64,000 nt of DNA from an uncultured Gemmatimonadales bacterium. Lineage in GTDB: Bacteria > Gemmatimonadota > Gemmatimonadetes > Gemmatimonadales > Gemmatimonadaceae. How positions within the stretch are numbered: the stretch's first letter is position 1; each line of letters starts with the position of its first letter. The notes under the pieces are model-generated. The model was not told the DNA's origin and ran no database searches. It saw only the letters and a program-made list of their open reading frames with translations. A program made the translations under genes and the position numbers. The DNA is taken from assembly GCA_963701965.1 (NCBI GenBank), contig OY969695.1, positions 608,001 to 672,000 of the forward strand, read 5' to 3'. Shown one piece after another: positions 1 through 11,493 of the stretch.

Positions 1-1269
1 GGGATGCCAATCAATGCGGCCGTTGCGCGCCATCATCTCCGGCTGCACGGCCGTGGTCCGGATGAAGTACGACGTGCGCGCGTAGTACAGGAGCGGCGTG
101 CCGCACCGCCAGCAATGGGGATACGAGTGCTCGAATTGCGCCGCCTTCCACAGGGCGCCGGTCTCCCGCAGATAGGCGATGATCCGCTCATTGGCGCGCT
201 TCACGTTCATGCCACCGACCACCGGCAGGGCCGCGGTGAACTCTCCGCGCGCATTCACGGGCTGCAGGAACGCCAGGTCGTGCCGCTGCGCGGCGGCGAA
301 GTCATCGGCGCCGAATGCCGGGGCCATATGCACAACGCCACTGCCGTCCTCCGCGGTGACGAAGCCCTCCCCGACAATGATCTCATGCCGTCCCTGCGCA
401 GGGTACGGCACCCAATCGATCGGCCGCGCGTAGCGCAGGCCGACGAGCTCGGCGCCGCGGAAGCGGCGCGCCTCGGTCCAGTCGGGGCCGAGCAACGCGT
501 CGACGCGAGCCGCCGCGAGCACCAGCGATGCGTTGCCCCGATGCATCTCGACGTACTCGAGATCGGGATTCACGGCGAGCGCGACGTTGGACACGAGCGT
601 CCATGGGGTCGTCGTCCATACCAAGATCCGCCGTCCGTCCGCCAATGGCATCATCACGTAAACGCTGGGATCGGCGACATCCTTGTAGCCGAGGGCGACC
701 TCGTGGCTGGACAGCGCGGTCTCGCAGCGCGGGCAGTACGGCAGCACCTTGTACCCGTGATACAGCAGTCCCTTGCGGTGGAGCTCGGCCAGAGCCCACC
801 ACACGCTCTCCACGTACTCGTTCGTGTAGGTGATATAGGGATGCTCGTAGTCGAGCCAGTAGCCAATGCGCTCGCTCAGCTTCTCCCAATCGCCCCGATA
901 CTGCCACACGCTCTCGCGGCAGAGGCGGTTGAACTCGGCCACGCCGAACTTTTCGATGTCGGGCTTCCCGGAGAGATGCAGCTTCTTCTCGATCTCGATC
1001 TCGACGGGGAGCCCGTGCGTGTCCCAACCGGCTTTGCGCGGCACGTGAAAGCCGTGCATGGACCGGTGCCGGCAGAACAGGTCTTTTAGCGTGCGCGAAA
1101 AGACGTGATGAATGCCGGGGCGCCCGTTGGCCGTCGGAGGACCTTCGTAAAACACGAATAGGGGCTTGCCTTCGGCGGCCGCCAACGTCTGCTCGAAGAG
1201 ATGCTCGTCGCGCCAACGCGCGAGCATCTCGGTCTCGACCTCGAGCAGCGTCGACAGCCGCCGATACAT
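1..1269 (-). CDS. ileS: Isoleucine--tRNA ligase, type 2 (5' part; runs off the window)
   Basis: Manual translation from ATG at 1269 gives FVFYEGPPTANGRPGIHHVFSRTLKD...GWDTHGLPVE...WTTTPWTL. Absent from the ORF track because there is no stop in the window. Confidence 0.95.
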   Translation of the reverse strand, partial: MYRRLSTLLEVETEMLARWRDEHLFEQTLAAAEGKPLFVFYEGPPTANGRPGIHHVFSRTLKDLFCRHRSMHGFHVPRKAGWDTHGLPVEIEIEKKLHLSGKPDIEKFGVAEFNRLCRESVWQYRGDWEKLSERIGYWLDYEHPYITYTNEYVESVWWALAELHRKGLLYHGYKVLPYCPRCETALSSHEVALGYKDVADPSVYVMMPLADGRRILVWTTTPWTLVSNVALAVNPDLEYVEMHRGNASLVLAAARVDALLGPDWTEARRFRGAELVGLRYARPIDWVPYPAQGRHEIIVGEGFVTAEDGSGVVHMAPAFGADDFAAAQRHDLAFLQPVNARGEFTAALPVVGGMNVKRANERIIAYLRETGALWKAAQFEHSYPHCWRCGTPLLYYARTSYFIRTTAVQPEMMARNGRIDWHP

Positions 1270-1295
1270 TGTCCGGGGTCCGGGATCCACGAGGG

Positions 1296-2198
1296 TCACA
1301 GGCGCTCCATGACCCCCGACACCAACGCCGTCAGCGCGGGCTCGGCACGGCCGGCGACCGCCAGGATCTCCTCGATGCTGGTCGGGGTCAGCGTGTCCGG
1401 CAGACACAGATCGGTGACGATCGACAGACCGAGCACGCGCATCCCGCCGTGCACCGCGACGATCACTTCGGGCACCGTCGACATCCCCACGACATTGGCA
1501 CCGATGGTGCGCAACGCCCGATACTCGGCGCGCGTTTCCAGGCTCGGTCCCGTCACCGCGACGTACACGCCCTCGCGCAGCGTGGTCCCCTGCTCCGCGG
1601 CGATCGCGCGGGCCATCGCCCGCAAGCGGGCATCATAGGGATCCGACATGTCCGGAAACCGGGGCCCGAGGGTTGGATCGTTGGGACCGATCAGCGGGTT
1701 GTCGCCCAGCAGATTGATGTGATCGGCGATCAGCATCAGATCGCCGGCCGACCACTCGGGGTTCAAGCCGCCGCAGGCGTTGGAGACGATGAGCGTCTCG
1801 GCCCCCAGCGCGCGCAGCACGCGCACCGGGAAGGTCACCTGCTGCAGTGAGTAGCCCTCGTAGCGGTGAAACCGCCCCTGCATCGCGATCACCGGGCGCC
1901 CCGCCAAAGTGCCGCACAGGAGACGGCCGGCGTGGGATTCGACGGTAGAGAGCGGAAAGTAGGGGATGTCGGCGTAGTCGATCGATGCGACCACATCGAT
2001 CTCCCGCGCCAGGCCGCCAAGCCCGGTGCCGAGGATCACGGCCGCGGTGGGCGTCGGCGCGAAGCGCGCGCGCACCACGAACGCGGCGGCGGCAATGCGC
2101 TCCACCGCGTGGGCCGTGCCCCCGACGCCGTCCCGCATCGCGGCGGCGTATTCCTGCGTCGCGTGCAACGCAGCCGACGGTCGGGCGTGCGACGTCAT
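1296..2198 (-). CDS. Purine-nucleoside phosphorylase (PNP I / xapA family)
   Basis: Motifs [33 protein letters not shown]. Start chosen at the ATGA overlap with the divIVA stop. Confidence 0.92.
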   Translation of the reverse strand: MTSHARPSAALHATQEYAAAMRDGVGGTAHAVERIAAAAFVVRARFAPTPTAAVILGTGLGGLAREIDVVASIDYADIPYFPLSTVESHAGRLLCGTLAGRPVIAMQGRFHRYEGYSLQQVTFPVRVLRALGAETLIVSNACGGLNPEWSAGDLMLIADHINLLGDNPLIGPNDPTLGPRFPDMSDPYDARLRAMARAIAAEQGTTLREGVYVAVTGPSLETRAEYRALRTIGANVVGMSTVPEVIVAVHGGMRVLGLSIVTDLCLPDTLTPTSIEEILAVAGRAEPALTALVSGVMERL

Positions 2199-3097
2199 TC
2201 GCCGCTCGGCACCGCTTTGAGCCACGCCGGTGTCTGCACCGAATGCCGCGGCCCTTCTTCGTCGACATGCTCATCGACCGCTTTCTCGGCTGTGGCTTTC
2301 TCGGCTGTGGCTTTCTCGGCTGTGGCTTTCTCGGCTGTGGCTTTCTCGGCTGTGGCTTTCTCGGCTGTGGCTTTCTCGGCTGTGGCTTTCTCGGCGCTGG
2401 CTTTCTCGGCGCTGGCTTTCTCGCCCGTCGCCGAGACGCCGCTCGCCGTCGTGCGTGCGACCACACCGGCAGGAGCCTCCGGCGGCGGAGGCGGCGGAGC
2501 CGTTGACGCGGCCCCCGCCGGCGCAGGCACTCCGCCCGATACCCGCCGCTCCGGCCCACTGACGGCCGCCTTCGGGGTTTCGGCGGCCGCAGTCCCCTCG
2601 CCCTCCGCATTCTCGACCGGCGCCCGCACGGCGTCATGCACAGGGATGGCGTCGATCTCGGCGAGCTGCCGGGCGACGAGCGCCCGCAGCTGCGCGAGAT
2701 ACGCGCGCCGCGCCCGCTCCAGGGACTCAATCTCGCCGGCCAAGCGCCGGATCTCGGCTCGCGCAGCGTCGACGAGCCGGCCGCCTTCGGCGCGCGCCTC
2801 GCGGAGGACGAGCTGGGCTTCCCGCTCCGCCTGCTCCCGCGTCTCCGCCCGCAGCTGCTGCGCCGATACCAGCGCTTCGTTCAGCGCTTTGTCCCGCTCC
2901 CGAAACGCCCGCAACTGCTCGTGAAAGCCCTTGGCTTTGTTGTCGAGCTCTTGATTGAGCCGGGTCAACCGCTCCAGTTCATTGGCGACCCGATCGCGAA
3001 ATTCGTCGACGCGCGCCCGATCGTACCCGCGCAAAGCCGCGGGAAATTCGGCGCGCCGCACGTCGAGCGGCGTGAGATGAAAGGATTCGTCGATCAC
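2195..3097 (-). CDS. divIVA: DivIVA domain protein with long low-complexity C-terminal tail
   Basis: [11 protein letters not shown]...[11 protein letters not shown] followed by coiled coil; yggS-divIVA-ileS synteny. Confidence 0.88.
   Translation of the reverse strand: MIDESFHLTPLDVRRAEFPAALRGYDRARVDEFRDRVANELERLTRLNQELDNKAKGFHEQLRAFRERDKALNEALVSAQQLRAETREQAEREAQLVLREARAEGGRLVDAARAEIRRLAGEIESLERARRAYLAQLRALVARQLAEIDAIPVHDAVRAPVENAEGEGTAAAETPKAAVSGPERRVSGGVPAPAGAASTAPPPPPPEAPAGVVARTTASGVSATGEKASAEKASAEKATAEKATAEKATAEKATAEKATAEKATAEKATAEKAVDEHVDEEGPRHSVQTPAWLKAVPSGE
2281..2422. repeat. 15-bp coding tandem repeat (7 exact + 2 variant copies) encoding ([10 protein letters not shown])n
   Basis: CTTTCTCGGCTGTGG x7, then CTTTCTCGGCGCTGG x2. 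Confidence 0.97.
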
Positions 3098-3750
3098 CGT
3101 GCGCGAGCCCCGAAGAGAATCGTCCCCAATCGCACCATTGTCGCACCTTCCTCGACCGCGATCTCGAAATCGTTCGACATGCCCATCGACAACTCGGTGG
3201 CCGGATGCCCGGCCGCCCGCACGATGTCCAACGCCTTGCGCGCTCCACGAAATGTGTCCCGCATGACCCGCTCCGACGCCTCGAGGGGCGCCATGGTCAT
3301 GACGCCGCGCACCCGCACCCCACTCTTACCCGCGAGACGCTCGGCTTCCGCCGGGACATCCTCGGGCGCCCAGCCATACTTGGACGCTTCGCCGGACGTA
3401 TTCACCTGCAACAGCGCGTCGACCGCCCGTCCCCGACTGACGCCGATCTGATCCAGGGCGTCCGCGAGCCGCGAGCTGTCGACCGAGTGCACCAACGCGA
3501 ACCCCTCGACCGCTTTCACTTTGTTCGTCTGCAAGTGCCCTATGAGGTGCCACCGCACCGGCACGTCGACCGCCGCCATTTTTGCGACCGCTTCCTGCAC
3601 GCGATTCTCTCCGACGTCTTCGAGCCCGGCTCGATACGCCGCCGCGACCGCCTCGGGGCCGTAGGTCTTCGTCACCGCGACAATCGTGACATCCTGACCC
3701 ACGCGCCGCCGGACGTCCGCGAGGCGCGCCGGCAAGTCAGGAAACGGCAT
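3094..3750 (-). CDS. yggS: YggS family PLP homeostasis protein
   Basis: VAVTK, GENRVQE, WHLIGHLQTNK, LSMGMSND, VRLGTILFG. Confidence 0.95.
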   Translation of the reverse strand: MPFPDLPARLADVRRRVGQDVTIVAVTKTYGPEAVAAAYRAGLEDVGENRVQEAVAKMAAVDVPVRWHLIGHLQTNKVKAVEGFALVHSVDSSRLADALDQIGVSRGRAVDALLQVNTSGEASKYGWAPEDVPAEAERLAGKSGVRVRGVMTMAPLEASERVMRDTFRGARKALDIVRAAGHPATELSMGMSNDFEIAVEEGATMVRLGTILFGARAR

Positions 3751-3798
3751 AACACGTGAAGATATCTGGAGTTAGCGCGCAGAGCAAGTGCTGGGCCG

Positions 3799-4596
3799 TC
3801 AGCCCGGGGCGGCGATAACCGGCTGTTCCGTGCTCCGACGGCGGCGCCCCTCCAGGACGTCCCGAACGTCGGCCGGGGTCAGGGACCGCGCGAGCCGCGC
3901 GTCGCGTGCCAGGGAGATCACGGCCGTCTCCTCCGAAACGACGAAGACGAGGGCGTCGGACTCCTCCGCCAATCCCAGCGCCGCCCGGTGCCTGGTGCCC
4001 AGCGAACGGTCGCTGATCGGGGCCTGCGACAGCGGCAAAATGCAGCCGGCCCCAATGATCGTGTCGCCCCGGATGATCACGGCCCCGTCATGCAATGGTG
4101 AGTACGGCGTGAAGATCGTCGTCAACAAGTCGGACGAGACCTTCGCGCTCAAGTCCGTACCGGATTCGACGTATTCGCCGAGCGGGACCTCGCGCTCGAT
4201 GGCGACGATGGCACCGATCCCCGATTTGCTGAGGCGCTCCAAGGCATCGGTGATCGCCTCGGCGACTTCGACCTCGCCAAGTCCGCGAATGAGCCGGGTC
4301 ATGCGGGACTGGCCCAGGTGTGCCAGGGCCTGCCGCAACTCGGGCTGAAAGATGACCAGTCCGGCAAACACGCCATACGTGAACACGAACCCCAAGAGCT
4401 CGGTGATCATCGACAACTTGAGCACGAGCGCCACGCCGTAGACGAACACCAGCACCACGATGCCGGTCAACATCTGCACGGCCCGCGTCCCATGGAGCAG
4501 CAGGAGGCCGCGGTACAGGATGTAGGCGACGAACGCGATCTCAATGACGTCGCGCGGACCGAACGTCAGCCCCTGCAGTTGCTCGAAGAGCTCCAT
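3799..4596 (-). CDS. cdaA: Diadenylate cyclase CdaA
   Basis: Three N-terminal TM segments; DAC catalytic motifs PLHDGA and GTRHRAA. Confidence 0.93.
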   Translation of the reverse strand: MELFEQLQGLTFGPRDVIEIAFVAYILYRGLLLLHGTRAVQMLTGIVVLVFVYGVALVLKLSMITELLGFVFTYGVFAGLVIFQPELRQALAHLGQSRMTRLIRGLGEVEVAEAITDALERLSKSGIGAIVAIEREVPLGEYVESGTDLSAKVSSDLLTTIFTPYSPLHDGAVIIRGDTIIGAGCILPLSQAPISDRSLGTRHRAALGLAEESDALVFVVSEETAVISLARDARLARSLTPADVRDVLEGRRRRSTEQPVIAAPG

Positions 4597-5447
4597 CAGC
4601 GCCGGTCACGCCGCAGGATCGCCCATGCGGCATCGAGGGACCGGCGCGCGCCGCGCACGTCGTGCACGCGGAACAGGGCCGCGCCAAGCGTCAGGGCCAC
4701 GACGTCGACGCCCAGGGTTCCTTCATCGCGATCGGCTGCGGTCGTCACGCCGGTAATCTCTCCGATAAATCGTTTTCGCGATACGCCCACCATTACCGGA
4801 TAGCCCAACGCGCCGAGCCGGGGCAGATCGGCGAGCACACGCAGGGAGTGCTCGGTCCGCTTGGAGAATCCGATACCGGGATCAACGACCAGCGCCTCGC
4901 CGTCGATCCCCGCGACGAGCGCCTCATCGACGCGCTCCGCCAGCTCGGCAAGGACTTCGCTGGTCACATCCCCGTAAGTCGCGCCGGCGAACGACGCCAT
5001 GGCGCTCACGTCGCCGCGGGAGTGCATCAGGACGACACCGGCGCCGGAGCGCGCGCAGACGCCGGCCATCTCGGGATCGAGCCGCATGGCCGAGACATCG
5101 TTGACGATCGCCGCGCCGGCGTCGAGCGCCGCGGCGGCGACGCTGGCTTTCACGGTGTCGATGGACAGGGGCGTCCCGGGCACCGCTTCCCGCAGGGCAC
5201 GGATGACGGGCAGAACGCGCTCGAGCTCCTCGGACTCGGCGACCGGTTCGGCATTGGGACGGGTGGACTCCCCGCCCAGATCCAGCACATCGGCCCCCTC
5301 GGCCACGAGGCGGCGCCCGTGGGCGACGGCCGCCTCCGGGGCGAGGAACGCGCCCCCGTCGCTGAAGCTGTCGGGGGTGATGTTGATGATGCCGATGACG
5401 ACCGGACGGTCGAGGGCAACGGTGCCGCCGCGGACGCGCCAGATCAT
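4596..5447 (-). CDS. folP: Dihydropteroate synthase
   Basis: GIINITPDSFSDGG, GGESTRP, DPGIGF, SRKRF, RVHDV. Confidence 0.96.
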   Translation of the reverse strand: MIWRVRGGTVALDRPVVIGIINITPDSFSDGGAFLAPEAAVAHGRRLVAEGADVLDLGGESTRPNAEPVAESEELERVLPVIRALREAVPGTPLSIDTVKASVAAAALDAGAAIVNDVSAMRLDPEMAGVCARSGAGVVLMHSRGDVSAMASFAGATYGDVTSEVLAELAERVDEALVAGIDGEALVVDPGIGFSKRTEHSLRVLADLPRLGALGYPVMVGVSRKRFIGEITGVTTAADRDEGTLGVDVVALTLGAALFRVHDVRGARRSLDAAWAILRRDRR

Positions 5448-5477
5448 GCGATCAGGACGCGCCGCGGCGGTTCGAGA

Positions 5478-7472
<1,995 letters not shown>

Positions 7473-7487
7473 GCAAAACCTCTGAGA

Positions 7488-8033
7488 CTACAAGCTCGCG
7501 ATATACGGCAAGTGGCGGAAATTCTCCGCGTGATCCAACCCGTACCCAACCAGGAACTCGTGCGGCGCGTTAAAACCGACGAATTTGACCGGCTCGTGCA
7601 ACTCAGTGGCAATGTGCTTATGGAGCAATGCGCATACCTCCAACGAGCTGGGCCGCCGGGTCCTGAGTACGGCCATCAAACGACTCAACGTCCGGCCGGA
7701 ATCGACAATGTCCTCGATCAGTAAAATGTGCTTTCCTTCGAGTTCCGTCTCCGGATCATACACTAAATGAACCGTCCCGCCGGACTCCGTGCCACTGCCA
7801 TAGCTGGATGCTATGAGGAAGTCGACCTGGAGCGGGCGGGCGATCCGCCGGATGAGATCGCTGAAGAAAATTATGCTTCCCTTGAGCAGGCCCAAAAGGA
7901 GCAAATCCCCTTCGAGATATGAATCCGTGATCTGCCGTCCGAGTTCGCTTACGCGGGCCGCGATCGCCGCCTCGTCGAACACGACACGCTGCAGGGCGCG
8001 CCCGCCCAGCCGCGGATCAGCGGCGCCGCCCAA
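7488..8033 (-). CDS. hpt: Hypoxanthine phosphoribosyltransferase
   Basis: LLIEDIVDSGRTL, EFLVGYGLD, RHLPYI. Start (TTG 8033) approximate. Confidence 0.92.
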   Translation of the reverse strand: MGGAADPRLGGRALQRVVFDEAAIAARVSELGRQITDSYLEGDLLLLGLLKGSIIFFSDLIRRIARPLQVDFLIASSYGSGTESGGTVHLVYDPETELEGKHILLIEDIVDSGRTLSRLMAVLRTRRPSSLEVCALLHKHIATELHEPVKFVGFNAPHEFLVGYGLDHAENFRHLPYIASL

Positions 8034-8940
8034 CGTCCAACGACCGGAAGACGAAGAGAAGGCGCGTGCGCACAACTTCGACACCGCCGGAAAGCTGGAT
8101 CGACGCGCCCAGTCTGCCCCCATTCGTAAACGCAACCAGGCGCGAAGTTCCGCGCCAGTCGAGTGTCACGCCGGCGCGCGCCGCGATCGCCGGCCACAGG
8201 ACGGCCAGCGATTCGGGATCATATCCGGCGAGATCGGCCGCCGCAACGGCGCATCCGCGTTCGGTGCGGTGTACCGGACAACGCTCCCGCACCAGAGTCT
8301 CCACCCGGCGGCGCCAGTCGGCGGCCCGGCGCGCCACATCGAGCATCGCGTCCTCCAACCCGGGCTGCGCCCGCCGCAGCGCGGGCAGGAGGTCGAGGCG
8401 CAGCCGGTTGCGCAAATGGACCCGCGAGAGATTCGACGGGTCCTCGGCGATCGGAATCGACCGGTCGCGTACGTAGGCCGCGATGACGTCCCGCGGGACG
8501 TCGAGGAACGGCCGCACGATATCGGAGTCGGCGTAGAGCCCCGCCAGCCCGCGCGCGCCGGCGCCGCGCAGAACCCGGATGACCACGGTTTCGACTTGGT
8601 CGTCCCTGGTGTGTGCCGTCACGACCGACGCGCGCTTCTCGCGCGCGACGCCGCGAAGAAACGTCCAGCGCGCCGCGCGCCACGTCGCCTCGGTGCTCCC
8701 CGCCCCGGCACGGCCGATCGTGACGGGCAATCCAAGAGCGCTGGCGTGATCCGCCACCAGCGCCGCCGCGAAGCGGGCGGCGCCACCTGTTCCGTGATCG
8801 AATGTCGCGACCGCCGCGATGTGATCCCGCGCCGCATGAGCGGCGGCGTCGAGCAACGCCATCGAATCCGTTCCACCGGACACGGCGAGGACGTATCGCC
8901 GTCCAGGCGCGAGAGCTACCGCGGCGGCCCCTTGAACCAT
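8017..8940 (-). CDS. tilS: tRNA(Ile)-lysidine synthetase
   Basis: AVSGGTDS PP-loop, TAHTRDDQVET, EDPSN...RNRLR; tilS-hpt-ftsH synteny. Confidence 0.92.
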   Translation of the reverse strand: MVQGAAAVALAPGRRYVLAVSGGTDSMALLDAAAHAARDHIAAVATFDHGTGGAARFAAALVADHASALGLPVTIGRAGAGSTEATWRAARWTFLRGVAREKRASVVTAHTRDDQVETVVIRVLRGAGARGLAGLYADSDIVRPFLDVPRDVIAAYVRDRSIPIAEDPSNLSRVHLRNRLRLDLLPALRRAQPGLEDAMLDVARRAADWRRRVETLVRERCPVHRTERGCAVAAADLAGYDPESLAVLWPAIAARAGVTLDWRGTSRLVAFTNGGRLGASIQLSGGVEVVRTRLLFVFRSLDVGRRR

Positions 8941-8976
8941 ATTGTTTTAGCTTAACCGATCGCTCGGAGAGGAGCT

Positions 8977-9141
8977 GTGGAGAATCATGGTCCGCTTGGG
9001 ACGCTGTGGGTGGGGTTGGGGCTGGGCGGTTTCTACCTGGCCTTGATCTGGGTCAACACCCTGCTGCCCGGCATTCTGGTGCCGCTCTTCCTGCTGCCCA
9101 TCACGAAGGTGCTCGACAAGATCAAGCGGCGCACGACGTGA
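8977..9141 (+). CDS. Small membrane protein (54 aa), not in ORF track
   Basis: [11 protein letters not shown] then GTG: MENHGPLGTLWVGLGLGGFYLALIWVNTLLPGILVPLFLLPITKVLDKIKRRTT. Hydrophobic core with basic tail. Confidence 0.65.
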   Translation: MENHGPLGTLWVGLGLGGFYLALIWVNTLLPGILVPLFLLPITKVLDKIKRRTT

Positions 9142-9199
9142 CGTCCGCGTAAGCGCCGGCGTTGGCGCGCCGCTCCACCTTCCACCGGAGTCCGGTTCG

Positions 9200-9802
9200 A
9201 TGCCTGTCCTGATCCTGTTAGCGGTGGTGGTCGTGGCCCTGCTGTTCTGGGTCATCGGCGCCTACAACGGTCTCGTTGCCCTCAAGAATCAGGTCGCGAA
9301 CGCCTGGAAGCAGATCGACGTGCAGCTCAAGCGCCGCCACGATCTGATCCCGAACCTGGTCAATACCGTGAAGGGCGCGATGCAGTTCGAGAAGGACACG
9401 CTGGAAGCGGTCATCAGCGCGCGCAACAAAGCCATCGCCGTCCAGAGCGGCGGTGGACCGACCGGCCCCTCCGTCGGCCAGACCGCGGCGGCCGAGTCTC
9501 AGCTGTCCGGCGCCCTTGGCAAGCTGTTCGCCGTCGTCGAGGCCTATCCGGATCTCAAAGCGACCGGCAACGTCGCCCAGTTGCAAGAAGAGCTGACGTC
9601 GACCGAGAACAAGATCGCGTTCGCCCGCCAGCTCTACAACGACACGGCGACCGAGTACAACACCAAGCAGCAGCAATTTCCGACTTCGCTGGCCGCCGGG
9701 ATCGCGGGCGCCAAGCCGGCCGAGCTCTGGGAGATCACGGACGCCGCCGAGCGGGAGAACGTCAACGTCGACCTTTCAATGACGCCTCCACCGGCAAAGT
9801 AA
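9200..9802 (+). CDS. lemA: LemA family protein
   Basis: YNGLV...IDVQLKRRHDLIPNLV...EAYPDLKA...ENKIAFARQLYN. Confidence 0.95.
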   Translation: MPVLILLAVVVVALLFWVIGAYNGLVALKNQVANAWKQIDVQLKRRHDLIPNLVNTVKGAMQFEKDTLEAVISARNKAIAVQSGGGPTGPSVGQTAAAESQLSGALGKLFAVVEAYPDLKATGNVAQLQEELTSTENKIAFARQLYNDTATEYNTKQQQFPTSLAAGIAGAKPAELWEITDAAERENVNVDLSMTPPPAK

Positions 9803-9809
9803 GTCCACC

Positions 9810-10814
9810 GTGAGCGACGCCAACCTCTTCGCGCAGCAGGAGGCCAACCGGCGCCGCTCGTGGTGGGTGGTCGCGGCGTTCGTCGTGTTTTTCGCCTGGC
9901 TCGGATTCGGCGGCGATTGGATCTGGTATTTGGCCTCGCGCGGCGCGCCGCCGGCGCACCAGCATGTCTTCCCGTGGCTCGGCCTCGGGACCATCGTGCT
10001 GGCCCTCGGCATGACCGGGTGGGCGTGGCTCACGGGTCCGTCCGCCGTGCTGTGGTCGACCGGCGCCCGCCTGATCGAGCAACCGTCGACGCCCGAGGAG
10101 AAGCAGCTCGTCAACGTCGTGGAGGAGATGGCGATCGCGTCGGGCCTGCCCAAGCCCGCCGTCTACGTCGTCGACGACGCCGACCCCAACGCGTTCGCCA
10201 CCGGCCACGACCCGAAGTCCGCGAGTATCGCGGTCACGACCGGCCTGCTGGCCCTCTGCACGCGCGATGAGTTACAGGGCGTCGTGGCGCACGAGATGGG
10301 ACACGTGCGCAATCTCGACATCCGCCTCATGACCATGCTCGCCGCCCTGGTCGGGGTCGTGGCCCTCGTGTCCAACGGCGCTTGGCGATTCATGCCCTGG
10401 GGCGGGTCGCGCGACAGCGACGAGGAGAAAGGCTCCAACAGCGCCCTGGTCGTCATTCTGTTCGCCGTCTGGGTCGTGAGTTGGATGCTGGCGCCGCTCG
10501 TCACCCGGCTCCTCGCCCTGGCCGTGAGCCGCGACCGGGAATATCTGGCCGACGCCTCCGGCGCGCAGTTCACCCGGAACCCCGCGGCGCTCGCGTCGGC
10601 GCTCGACAAGATCGCACACACCAACGCGCCGTCCACGGTCATCAAAGGGGGCGCCGCCCATCTTTGCATCGCGGATCCTTTGGGGCGCGCCGTCTCGTCC
10701 CGGGAAGGCAAGCTCGCCGACCTCCTGGCCACGCACCCTCCCATGCCCATTCGGATCGCCCGCCTCAAGGCCATGGCGTACCGCGCCGCTACCGCAGAAC
10801 CCGCGGCGTCCTGA
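9810..10814 (+). CDS. htpX: HtpX-like M48 membrane zinc protease
   Basis: PNAFATG, AHEMGH, SRDREYLAD, THPP; paired with lemA. Confidence 0.9.
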   Translation: MSDANLFAQQEANRRRSWWVVAAFVVFFAWLGFGGDWIWYLASRGAPPAHQHVFPWLGLGTIVLALGMTGWAWLTGPSAVLWSTGARLIEQPSTPEEKQLVNVVEEMAIASGLPKPAVYVVDDADPNAFATGHDPKSASIAVTTGLLALCTRDELQGVVAHEMGHVRNLDIRLMTMLAALVGVVALVSNGAWRFMPWGGSRDSDEEKGSNSALVVILFAVWVVSWMLAPLVTRLLALAVSRDREYLADASGAQFTRNPAALASALDKIAHTNAPSTVIKGGAAHLCIADPLGRAVSSREGKLADLLATHPPMPIRIARLKAMAYRAATAEPAAS

Positions 10815-11493
10815 GGGCCCCGAGATCCCGCGCCCACTCGGCCGCGTGCAGCAGGGCGTCGAGCGCCGCCGAACGCGGGACGCGGATCTCGGTGCGTAGC
10901 ACCAACGGCGTACCCGGCGAATAGCGGATCACGACATTGGCGTGGGCGCGCTGGGGCGCGATGTACTGCTCCGTATCCGGCGCCCGCCGCCGGAGGTGCT
11001 GCGCGACCTCGTCCGGCGTGTAGCCGCGCTTGGCGATGTCCCGGGCGATTTTCCATTGCACGCGCAGCGCCGGATCGGGATCGAGAAACACCGACAGATC
11101 GAACGCGGCGCGTAACGCCGGGGTGTGGAGACCCAGGAGACCGCGGACCACCACGACGTCGCGCGGCACTACGCGTTCGTCGGGCGCGAAAGTCCCGTTC
11201 GTGTGATCGTAGACGGGCTTCTCGATAGCGGCCCCCGCGCGCAACGCGTGGAGATGCTCGGCCATGAGATCGAGCCGATTGCACTCGGGAGAGAGGGCGG
11301 TCAGGTCCAACCGCATCCGCTCCGCGCGATCGTACTTGTGATAGTCGTCGAGGCAGATCGCGGTCACCCGGTCCGGTCCCAGGCACTGGGCCAGTGATGC
11401 CGACAGCGTCGTCTTGCCGGAGCCCGAATCGCCGATCACGCCAATGAGCAGAGGACTAGTTTTGTCGCCATGCCGCTTGCCGCCATGTCCCAT
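10789..11493 (-). CDS. Phosphoribulokinase-like protein (PRK/uridine kinase family), short form
   Basis: IGVIGDSGSGKTT, ICLDDYHKYDR, TALSPECNRLDLM, KPVYDH, WKIARD, YIAPQR. Start uncertain (11493, or 11471 with an indel). Confidence 0.78.
   Translation of the reverse strand: MGHGGKRHGDKTSPLLIGVIGDSGSGKTTLSASLAQCLGPDRVTAICLDDYHKYDRAERMRLDLTALSPECNRLDLMAEHLHALRAGAAIEKPVYDHTNGTFAPDERVVPRDVVVVRGLLGLHTPALRAAFDLSVFLDPDPALRVQWKIARDIAKRGYTPDEVAQHLRRRAPDTEQYIAPQRAHANVVIRYSPGTPLVLRTEIRVPRSAALDALLHAAEWARDLGALRTPRVLR

Noticed and set aside
4..1089. 361-aa + strand ORF and other long antisense ORFs (4662-6422, 25513-27486, 38364-40310, 46005-48086, 56602-58275)
   Set aside because: Shadow ORFs opposite well-supported genes, typical of high-GC DNA; no recognisable motifs.
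1633..2730. ORFs with (RKPQP)n, (CGFLG)n or (SRLWL)n repeats
   Set aside because: Alternative-frame readings of the divIVA 15-bp repeat.
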